Translations under genes and position numbers: made by a program
The notes under the pieces: model-generated
What the model was told of the DNA's origin: nothing
What the model saw: only the letters and a program-made list of their open reading frames with translations
Database searches by the model: none
Origin: Tubulanus polymorphus
Taxonomy: Eukaryota > Animalia > Nemertea
Reading direction: 5' to 3'
DNA: 64,000 bases
Assembly: GCF_964204645.1 (NCBI RefSeq)
Contig: NC_134034.1
Location: forward strand, 1 to 64,000
In this document: positions 53,201 to 64,000 of the stretch, in pieces
Layout of the letters: each line of letters opens with the position of its first letter
How positions within the stretch are numbered: the first letter of the stretch is position 1

Positions 53201-54395
53201 GAGGAGACATCCCTGAAAATAAAACATATACATGGCTGTATGAAATCTGAGAAGATACGGAGATTCGAACCCACCTGAAATCTAAATGCGGGGTCGAACC
53301 CTGAAAAAACCCGGTTAGAAATTCGAAATATACCTGGTTTAAGGTTTTTCATGCAGTAAATAGAATGTTCAGTAATTTCCTCGGAACTCAAACCTATAGC
53401 ACCCATTACTGCATAAAGTGATCCGATACTGGCACCAGCGAAACGTTTTAATTTGTGTAGAATACCTAAATCACTGAGAGCCTGAATCAAAATAAACAAC
53501 TTTACACATTTACCAGATTTTTGCCTCGGATCCACACATTACACTGATACCTGCTGCATTAGAATGACATCACAAATAGTGGGGACACAGGGGGACTAGG
53601 GGGGAGGGCTAGGGGGGGGCTACGTATATGAGAAATCGACTGTTTTCACTCTAGATTCAGGACACTTTAATGAAGGTATTTAAACACCGTCAGCTGTTTG
53701 TAACTACGAGATTGAAATCCACTTTTTGATGGGGAAATGTATCTGATTTGTATAGAACTACGAATTGAGTGACGAAATAAAAAATGTACCGCGCACAAGA
53801 TCAAGTTTCGAAATATTTTTAACCAACACGTGTTCAATGGTAAAACATATATTCTATATATTCAGTATGATTGTGTATAATGTACGAGTATAAATTGTAC
53901 ATTGAACATTTTGATGGAAATTAATATCACAAACTTTCATTACTTTTTGAAAATACGATCGATCCTTTCTGTATTATATACTGATTACTATAGATTATAT
54001 TTGACTTCGAGGGATGAGCTTTACACTGAACCCAGTTGGGAATCGAGAGTCAAATTAAACTCACACAACTGTGGAACTGGATTCAGAGTTCACAACTGTG
54101 GAACTGGATTCAGAGTTCACAACTGTGGAACTGGGTCCATAGTCAAATTAAACTTAAATATGCGTAACTGTGTAACTGTGTAACTGTGTAACTGTGGAAC
54201 AGTGTTTACCTGATACATTCCGGCATAAGCGATACCTTTAACTCCTCCACCTTCGAGAACGAGATTTTCAAAATCAATTTCTGATGTGTTGATATCTCTG
54301 GAATCCAATTGATCTTTAAACGACTCGATTATTTTAACGGTTTGTCTTCGGTGAATTTCGTTTAAACTGGCGCCGAAAACTAGAGAATTACCCAT
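50262..54395 (-). CDS. Multi-exon patatin-like phospholipase with EF-hand insert
   Basis: EGGGVKG oxyanion motif, GASIG nucleophile, DGG motif, DKNGDGQIDIDE EF-hand, GT-AG exon edges; last exon LGYRATIEFIKDKYRKK*. Confidence 0.8.
51191..51570. repeat. 18-bp intronic minisatellite
   Basis: CAGTCATTGTCCAGTGCC variants. Confidence 0.88.
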
Positions 54396-57300
54396 CTCTC
54401 TGAAACTATAAAAAAACTATCCAGGGCTGATTTAGATCCGTCTAGCCAAAATATAATAAGGCCGATACGAGTTCTCGCGACCTCCTGGTGACCTCCTGGT
54501 GACGCTATCGAATTAAAGTATCTTAACTCTTTAGTTTTTGAGATGAGTGATCATCATCCCTCGCAAACTAGAATGACTGCCGGATATAGCACGACCTGTA
54601 TTTCGTAATGATATACAGATTTAATATTCATCCTGCAGATATTCACTCTTTAAAACAACAAGATCTACTGTTAATTAGCAACTTTCATATTCACTCCAGT
54701 ACCAAGCAGCTGGGACGAGTCAGTCAGGGACGCTCAGTGTGGCGAGTGTGGCCATTTACAGCTGTCCCAGCACCAATGAAATTGTTGTTGATACTGGTAC
54801 TGTGTTTGAGAGTGAACTAGTGCAATTAGAGACCGGCATTAAATCGTATACAATTAATTCGTCAAACGAAGGTGAATTTTCAACGCCACAACTATCTCCT
54901 GAAAAGGGCGGTAAAAAGACTGAATAAGTCCTATAAGTCTCACAGCTCACGGTTCCGGTTCCTGATATCAACTTCTCATATGATGGCCACAAATCCGGGT
55001 GCAATCATCACATTACCTACTAGTGATTCATCTATTTACAATTCTAGAAACGATGTCTGCCTCCATGAATCCCCCTATGACATCATCTAATTATCTACTA
55101 GTGATTTGATCTATAGACACTTCTAGAATTGATAGCATCATATATTTACCTCGAGATCTCTCCGGAAACCCCTCCCTATCACATCAGTGAATCCTCTCTG
55201 TTAACTGTTGTCTGTATGACCAGATAACTTAGTCCATAGTTTAGAATGAGATTTAATTGTTTTAATAGACACATCAATCATTTAAATTCGAAATAAAATC
55301 GTGACCGTTCGACCGTTATTTCAACATGTGACACGATTAACACGAACATCGTCTATAACCGATTGAACTCGATGTGATGTGATGACCTAGACCTCCCAAC
55401 CCCTTCCCAGAAAACACATTCCCGACACGACAGAGTAACGTTATTAATTGTTATTTACCTGTGATATGAATGAAAGTTTCCCGCACTTTTCCGCGTAGAA
55501 TCGCCTTAAATATCGATGAACAGATCGAAAATAAAACTGTTCAGCCGGATATAAATACATATGTTTCATCAAACAGCTGCAGGTGAAGAGACCTGAATGG
55601 TCCAATAAACCAATATCATTCACTTTCAAACGGCGTTTAACCCGTGTTTTGTTTAAAGAACGGTAAATATTTTATATCATTATTTTTAATATTTATGGAT
55701 GTTAGAGGAAATTGAATGTAGAAAAATAAATTTATGCTGGAAGTGATTTTAATGTTGTTAGATTGGATATAGAACCAAAATGGGCTTGGACTGTTCTTAT
55801 CTAAACGTGGCCCCGGGCAACTAGGCCCAGCTTTACAGCCCTATACACTGCTGGAAAGTTAATCCCGTACATTCTTAAACAGCAATGATAAACACTGTAA
55901 TAGTTAAATCTATGCGGAGACATTCACCAACTCGCCATCTAGCGGAATTGCTTGATCGCACAGGGTTGGACAATCGGCTTGATAAGAAGAAGTTAAAATA
56001 TCACTTGCTGATTAAAAAGAAGCAAATTCGATAGAATAGAAGGTTTTAAATTAGAATTATTTCGCAAAGGAAGATACCACACTTGATTTCGGGGATTCAT
56101 TCTGAAAAATTCCTGGATTAAACGCGATGATTTTTTGTTTGTTTTTATTTTCTCCTCACATTCATCGTTAATCGATATCACACGCGCTTTAATTAATGAC
56201 ATTTAATATAAAACCGCCTTATTTATAATAAACACCGAACATTATATGAATGTTTATGCATTAGTAGATAATATAGGACGGCTTGTACCGGTACCGCGCA
56301 TGCGGACCAGTTTGTCTTTCTTAGACTTGTTGTCGGTTGGGACTAGTTTAGACCTCTCAGGCGCTGAACGGGTCTCAGTTCGGCAGCGGCGGCGGCGGAA
56401 CCGTGTTTTCTAAAGGACATCGTCTCATAGTCAGGATTTACCCTTCAAAAAAACTCAAGAGGTAATTTCTATATAATTGTCTATTATAAACCTGTTATTT
56501 AAGGGATAAAGGTTTGGGTAAGATTCGAAATGTCTTTATTAATGCAAAGTTAGGATGAGAGATAGAGGTTTGGGGGATAACACACCTAATTAAGGCAGAG
56601 ATACCCCATCCTAGTTCGAGCTGCAGACAGCTGGTGGGTTAGTCAAACGCCATCGTATGGTGTAAAAAGGTACGTTGCTTTTGGGAGGGTCTAAGTTCCA
56701 GCTATCTTTGTTGAATTGGTTTTTTAGGAGAAAACCTTTCTAAAATGTATACATATTTCAAGAATATTAACTATTTCAAGAATTATTGCGCAAAAAATCA
56801 AAGACCCTTCAGAATTGTTCATGTTTGTTGTTGTCTCGAACTCTAACGTAATCCAGGTCAACGACACCGGTTATAAATAAAGGGTCTTCGCCCTTTTCGG
56901 TTGTCTGTGGTCTGAAGAACTTATTGCGTTCAAATATCTTCGATAAATAGATGTAATAAATATAGGTCATGATGAGACTTGAAATTCGAGCCGAATTGAA
57001 GAATGTTTGTCTAGGTTTTTAGACGTCATTTGAAATATGAGGAGAGAGACATCGTTCAGATTGGTCACCGATATTTACAGAGTTTAATCCGGCCACCTTT
57101 TCATTCTTCAATTCTGTAAATGACTAATTTCTCTTAAAGACTTTGATGACTCAGTAAAATTATGATTAGTTACTATTGACGACCTATTCATTTTCAATGA
57201 CTGTTGAATAACTTTCGTAATTCTGCTGATATTGTTGATAATTGTGAAACTGTTTGGCGGCCAATATAACTGACACATAGCTGTTATAGTAATGATCTAA

Positions 57301-58379
57301 TAGCGCAGATTCGAATTGGAGGCCCCGATACACAAAGTCTAGATTTGTGCTATTCAGGACCAGTTTTTTAGTATTTATTATATATTCAATCGAATAGTTT
57401 TTGCTTGAATCATTTTTTTCCTCTTTTTCAAGTATAAACAATATCGTAATGAGGTCACATGAGCATTGCGCATGCGCAACAACATAAGAAAAAGGAATTA
57501 ATTCATCGACCAAGTGACTTAGAAAATAGACTAATTTTTTCAGATGAGGCAAAATTAGATTCGCTCGAATTCAAACTGCCTCCTATAAATGTGGACCCAG
57601 TTCCACAGTTCCACAGTTTGAGAGGTGAATGTGTGGAGTTTGAATGGTAATTTGAGTGTATAGAGGAGTTAAGGGTGGAACTGTATCCACAGCCGCTGCC
57701 GTTAAACCGGTGCCTAGGAATTAATACATAATCTATTCACGATATGCGCATGCGTGATGTTTTGAATCAGTCGGTTGGCGACATCTGTAGTTTCATCGTT
57801 ATTTGGAACAGACTGTAATAGAGCCGCCCTAGTACTACTGGTTACTATTGGTATTTAATGCTGACCGATTTGTCAATTATTTATTGATATCGACTCCGAT
57901 TTGGATGCATCATTGATATTCTATCTGGTTTTTATCGGGTAGGTCGTTTTAAAGATGTTTAAATCGTTGTGTTTTAGGTGCTGTTTGTGACGGTGTTTGT
58001 GTAACATGGCTTCCTCCTGGAACCTGTACGCACGGGCGGGCGGGGGGGGGGGGTGGTAGGGGGTGCGGGGGAGCTGCTGATTCTACGTGGATCGCGGAAC
58101 TTCGTTTACATCTAAAATTGATAATGAACGAAACAATCTTTGAAATAAATTCTATATTCAAAATAGGTAGCATCAGTCATCAGGTCACCTCCCTCTCGAC
58201 TACCCCTGAGGGGGAGGGGAGGGGGGGGGGGGTTGACAGCGCAAATTCTCACCCTGTTCAAGAACCAACACCACACAAATTAATACATGGTTTTTATTCA
58301 AAAATCTAAAATGTTCAAATATTTTGTTTCAGTAACAAGAATCAAAAACTGATGATACGTGGATAAGAGTCACGTGACA

Positions 58380-61300
58380 ATGATGAAATATATCGTGTTA
58401 TTGGGACCGATACTGGCCGTCCTCTTTCTATTGACAGTAACAGGTAAAACCTCTACCAATAAACATTGAGTACATCTGAACCTAGATTTACAATGATTAA
58501 TAGAAGTTGTTTCATGTCTGTTGTTAAATGACCCGGTCATAAATTTACCGCCTTGACGGGTGTTTGATGTCTGAACTTATTGTCTGAGTCCGCGTCGCGG
58601 TCAGTGAGATATGAGTCTCACTTAGGTTTGAATACTGGACTCTCTGGTCGCCGGGGAGGGTAGAGCCTCACCGGGGAGGGTAGAGCCTCGCCGGGGAGGG
58701 TAGAGCCTCGCCGGGGAGGGTAGAGCCTTGCCGCGGAGGGTAGAGCCTCGCCGGGGAGAGTAGAGCCTCACCGGGGAGGGTAGAGTCTAGCCGGGGAGGG
58801 TAGAGCCTCGCCGGGGAGGGTAGAGCCTCACCGCGGAGGTTAGAGCCTCACCGCGGAGAGTAGAGCCTCATAACGTAGGTTCCAGGTGAATATTCATGTC
58901 TCAAATCGAGCGCAAAACGAAGCACTTAAAATCGACATCAACGATATTTACAAACCTGTCTTAATAAGTCAAGAATGATTGAATAGTTTTTCACCGTTAT
59001 TTTATTCGTCGAATAGTTTTTAAACTTTAGAGAAATATATAATTGTGAGACTAGAGTTAGACTAGAATGGACTAGAGTTAGACTAGAATGGACTAGAGTT
59101 AGACTAGAATGGACTAGAGTTAGACTAGAATGGACTAGAGTTAGACTAGAATGGACTAGAGTTAGACCAGAATGGACTAGAGTTAGACCAGAATGGACTA
59201 GAGTTAGACTAGAATTAGGTTAAAAACTGCGGATTGAATGACAGAAATACAACAGTGAAATACCACGATATACAACACTTATATTTGTACAATCATTGAA
59301 ATACGACCGAACTCATTTCTATAAATGTTTACCGACATATAATGAGAATTTTAAACCAAAGTAAACCAGAGAGGGCTGGAATTGTTATTTTTGGTATTTG
59401 AGAAGGTATCTAGTTAAACTCGGTCAGTTTGTGTTGGGATCCACTGATAGTGAGCTTCCCTACTGCGTTAACTGATATCGAGCACCCACCTAGAACCACC
59501 TAGAACCACCTAGGGCAATTAGGGCACCTAGAACCACCTAGAACCACCTAGGACACCTGGAACCACCTATAGGGCACCTAGAACCCAGGACTACGGAATT
59601 GGTTCTCCCCCTCCCCCTGTATTGTGTTGAAGATAGAAGTATCAATTTCAGGCATCCTAATTAGAATGTTCTCTTTGTTCTGCACTATAGATGGCGCTGA
59701 ACGGGACCAGTCTGTGATCACGAAGAGTATCAGAGGTCAGATAGTTCACACGGGAGCCACCGCTTATTTGAACTGCACAGTTTCGAATCCATTTAATTAT
59801 CCGGTAAGAGTTATGTGTGCAGTAAATATATAAAATCTCAGCACAATGAGAATGGAAAAATGAAATATGTCGTTGAGGTAGAGATGGAATTTGGCTTAAT
59901 CAACATTTCAACTTTATCCATTTACACGAATATGTCGCAATTTTATTTTTCATTCTAAGTGTCAGATTTTCATGGTTTCGTCAATATTTAACACGGTTCA
60001 AGACGCATAAAAACTTAAGGCTTTAAGAAACCCGAAGCTCCATGATGTACAGTCATATCTCCACCGTGTTTAACTACTGCCTGTTTATTTTCGTACGAAA
60101 GCTTTGTTAAAATCAGCACAAAAAATGCGTCTATTGAAACTCGTGGAGCTCGATTGAAATCTAGTATAAACCGGTTCCACCAGGAATCATTTCGCTGCTT
60201 TTTAGTGACATTAAGTTTTGTTCCTTCGATATGATTAAAATATGAAAGGATTTCAGTGAGACCGGTTCTGTCGGACTAGGCCAGTGCCACGGAGGGTGGG
60301 GCAGGGTAACTAGACCGGTTCTGTCGGACTAGGCCAGTGCCACGGAGGGTGGGGCAGGGTAACTAGACCGGTTCTGTCGGACTAGGCCAGTGCCACGGAG
60401 GGTGGGGTAGGGTAAATCTAGACCGGTTCTGTCGGACTAGGCCATTGCCGGAGGGTAAACCTTAGTGTCTGTATGAAACCTTTTCAATTAAGAATTTTTG
60501 ATTTTGTTTGTACAAAAAATATTTACAATCAATCCAGAAATATGAGTTATTGTGGGAAATGTGTTTATTCCACGAGAAACCTCTAGATTATGAATGAATT
60601 TGTGGAAAGCGTTTTACTTCGAAATACGTAAAATTCTTAAATTTCGAGATGTTTTTATGATAAAAGATGTTTATCTGTAGGTGAAATGAGGGTTCGGGGT
60701 TATAATATGTCTATATTCTCGGTTGTTTGTAGGTTCACTGGTGGCGTATTATTGGACCTAAAAACATGGTTCCATTGGCCACAAATACGGGAATAAACAT
60801 CATTAATTATCCGGTATCGAACGGTAAAAACAAGTACGAGATATTATTAAAACGTCAATCAGGACGCATCAAGCAGTATGTGTTAGTGATCAGGTCTGTA
60901 CAACAGGAAGATGCCGGTAAATACAGGTGTCAAATAGCTGTTCCTAATGTCGTCGATTCACCGTTCAAAGATGGTTCATTAGTCGTTCAACGTAAGTATA
61001 AACCGTCCTATGTTTGGAGGAAATCAGAATAATTTCATTTCTGTACGAGTCCTAGGACGCAACACAAACATGTGCTATGAATTTTGCAAGTTGGAACTTC
61101 CAAAAAACCACCAGTATCAGCAATATTTGTACCGCGTTCTGGTTTCTATAGAAATGAATGTATTCATTTCAGAAAAACACGCGATGACTTCACGACCTTG
61201 ATATCGCGTACTGAACCGCGCTGATGTCACCGGATTAGGTTCGAATCCCATATTTATACGAATTTGACGAATTGTATTTTAGGCTCACCGATGATTGACA

Positions 61301-63536
61301 CATCTCTATCTTCGATGGGTCCGATCTACGCCAATGAAGGCAGTAACATTACACTGAAATGTTTTGCCGAAGGAATTCCGAATCCGGAAATATCCTGGAC
61401 TCGAGTCAATGGTGATCTTCTCCCAACTGGAAAATATAAAGAAGTGGTAAAACACACTACAACAAAAACAACATCTCAAAAAAAACATTATTTGGATGAG
61501 TTTCTCAATTTCTTTGTGTTTTTGTTCTATTTAGGGAAATTATTACACTTTAACGAATATTACTAAGGAATATCGAGGTGTTTATAGGTGTAATGCTGAG
61601 AACAGAGTCCCGCCGACATCTAGAGTCGATATTGAAGTCATTGTTTACTTCACACCAGCAGCTAAAGCGTTTAGACACGAGATCGGTCAAATGCCTGATA
61701 AAAACTACAAGAGTATTATGGATTGTGTCATTAAAGGTAAGTCTCCTCTCTCTCCTCTCTCCTCTCTCTCCGCCCCTCCCCCTCTCACTCACTCTCTCCT
61801 CTCTCCTTCTCTCCTTCTCTCCCTCTCCTCTCTCCTTTCCTCTCTCCTCTCTCTCCTCTCTCCTCTCTCCTCTCTCATCTCTCTCCTCCCCTCCCCCTCT
61901 CACTCGCTCTCTCCTCTCTCCTTCTCTCCTTCTCTCCCTCTCCTCTCTCCTTTCCTCTCTCCTCTCTCTCCTCTCTCCTCTCTCTCCTCTCTCCTCTCTC
62001 CTCTCTCCTCTCTCTCCGCCCCTCCCCCTCTCACTCACTCTCTCCTCTCTCCTTCTCTCCTTCTCTCCCTCTCCTCTCTCCTTTCCTCTCTCCTCTCTCT
62101 CCTCTCTCCTCTCTCCTCTCTCATCTCTCTCCTCCCCTCCCCCTCTCACTCGCTCTCTCCTCTCTCCTTCTCTCCTTCTCTCCCTCTCCTCTCTCCTTTC
62201 CTCTCTCCTCTCTCTCCTCTCTCCTCTCTCCTCTCTCATCTCTCTCCTCCCCTCCCCCTCTCACTCACTCTCTCCTCTCTCCTTCTCTCCTTCTCTCCCT
62301 CTCCTCTCTCCTTTCCTCTCTCCTCTCTCTCCTCTCTCCTCTCTCCTCTCTCATCTCTCTCCTCCCCTCCCCCTCTCACTCGCTCTCTCCTCTCTCCTTC
62401 TCTCCTTCTCTCCATCTCTCCCTCTCTCTCCTCTCTCCCCTCCTCTTCTTGACGACTTGTCTCTTGACTGACCTGTTTTGCTATTACAAATTTCAGGTTT
62501 TCCAGAACCGGATATCAACTGGTACAAACTGACATCCGGTAATGATCGGGTTCTCATTACAACCGACTCGAAGCATTCAATATCTGAAACATTCCCTAAA
62601 GGTTCCTCAGATTTACTGGAAGGAGATAAATGGACATCTTTAGTGATAATGAACGTACAATCTGGTGATTTCGGGATGTATGCGTGTGAGGGTAAATCAC
62701 CACTCGGTAGAAATAGCGCCTACATTAAACTATACGGTATGTATTAGTCTAACACAGGGAGATAGCTCCCACCTCCCTGGTCTAACACAGGGAGATAGCT
62801 CCCACCTCCCTGATCTAACACAGGGAGATAGCTCCCACCTCCCTGATCTAACACAGGGAGATAGCTCCCACCTCCCTGGTCTAACACAGGGAGATAGCTC
62901 CCACCTCCCTGGTCTAACACAGGGAGATAGCTCCCACCTCCCTGGTCTAACACAGGGAGATAGCTCCCACCTCCCTGGTCTAACACAGGGAGATAGCTCC
63001 CACCTCCCTGGTCTAACACAGGGAGATAGCTCCCACCTCCCTGGTCTAACACAGGGAGATAGCTCCCACCTCCCTGGTCTAACACAGGGAGATAGCTCCC
63101 ACCTCCCTGATCTAACACAGGGAGATAGCTCCCACCTCCCTGGTCTAACACAGGGAGATAGCTCCCACCTCCCTGGTCTAACACAGGGAGATAGCTCCCA
63201 CCTCCCTGATCTAACACAGGGAGATAGCTCCCACCTCCCTGGTCTAACACAGGGAGATAGCTCCCATCTCCCTGTCTCAATTAGTGTGACAATGTCTCAA
63301 TACGTTACACTCAGTCCAGGTTCCAACCCACGAACCCTTCATTCATTTACAACGTGTCATAACAGAATGGAAATCAATGCCTGTTATACATTTTTTCAGG
63401 TACGACCACTTGCCAGGGACCACTTTGTCAAGCGTTCGGTAGAGAGAAACAAGCAGGGGGCGCTGTAGTATTAACCGCTAATTTACTCGTGATCTGTAGC
63501 AGTACCCTGCTGCTCCTGAGTCGTATGTTTCCATAG
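58380..63536 (+). CDS. Lachesin/IgLON-like three-Ig-domain GPI-anchored adhesion protein
   Basis: Signal exon 58380-58443; Ig exons 59691-59803, 60733-60991 (DAGKYRC), 61283-61446, 61535-61736 (RGVYRC), 62496-62737 (DFGMYAC); last exon CQGPLC plus hydrophobic tail. Confidence 0.82.
58646..58870. repeat. 20-bp minisatellite
   Basis: CCGGGGAGGGTAGAGCCTCG variants. Confidence 0.88.
59049..59214. repeat. 20-bp minisatellite
   Basis: GACTAGAGTTAGACTAGAATG-like repeats. Confidence 0.88.
60259..60452. repeat. 53-bp minisatellite
   Basis: AGACCGGTTCTGTCGGACTAGGCCAGTGCC.. x~3.6. Confidence 0.85.
61742..62447. repeat. CT-rich low-complexity intronic repeat
   Basis: Polypyrimidine with higher-order repetition. 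Confidence 0.9.
62748..63273. repeat. 39-bp intronic minisatellite
   Basis: TCTAACACAGGGAGATAGCTCCCACCTCCCTGG-containing unit repeated ~13-16 times; exact unit length read by eye. Confidence 0.8.
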
Positions 63537-64000
63537 AAACTCGCGGTATTTAGAAACGACTCATGGACAAATCCATCCATATTCATTGAGTACAGACTGT
63601 ATAGAACTGCATCCAGAACTTTGGGTCTAGGTGGAACTGAGTCCCGAATGTGTAACTGAGTCTAGAGTAAAACTGGGTCCTTAACTGTGGAACTGGATCC
63701 AGAACTGTGGAACTGGATCTAAAAGTGTGGAACTAGATCTAAAACTGTGGAACTGGATCCAGAATGTTTACAATTGATGAAGCTAAAAATTAGTGCCAAA
63801 TCCATCCGTTAAAATCTGAACCGTCCAGATCAAAAATATTCTAAAAAAAAGTTGATAAAATCCTAGTCAGAATCTGATAAACCAGAAATGGATTAAATTG
63901 TGGCGGAATCTCCAATATTTATGTACAACGCGCTGAGATGTAAAACATTTCATTAATTAAACTTCTAAAGTCTATTGCATAAATATTTGTATAAAATCAG

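Noticed and set aside
61550-63468. Long low-complexity ORFs (also 51172-51585, 37729-38155, 41881-42168)
   Set aside because: Translations of micro/minisatellites.

Overview
Left end of an animal chromosome. (CCCTAA)n telomere at 1-1328, then a ~35 kb polarised retroelement array (1329-36024), a variant-telomeric tract (36018-36195) and ordinary intron-containing host genes: two GPI-anchored Ig-domain proteins, a TRBP/PACT/Loquacious-family dsRNA-binding protein and a patatin-like phospholipase with an EF-hand. The array holds six copies of a Penelope-like element (PLE; Neptune/Nematis-type RT + Cys linker + C-terminal GIY-YIG) and runs of two non-coding, tRNA-headed units (353 bp x ~15.8 plus one fragment; 337 bp x ~1.9). 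All are oriented 5' end toward the telomere and separated by short CCCTAA tracts. The PLE has a TATA promoter, a minimal type I hammerhead ribozyme, an SGNH-esterase ORF1 and a U_UUA_AAC/U slippery site plus hairpin that places the AUG-less RT ORF in the -1 frame. The PLE and both non-coding units share a 3' RNA module ending in degenerate telomere-complementary repeats (..CCUAACC), and every intact 3' junction falls there. One PLE copy is 3'-truncated at an internal CCTAA. Inference: a telomere-primed autonomous/non-autonomous retroelement system, possibly using circular or multimeric RNA templates. All calls are by eye; no searches or folding computations were run.
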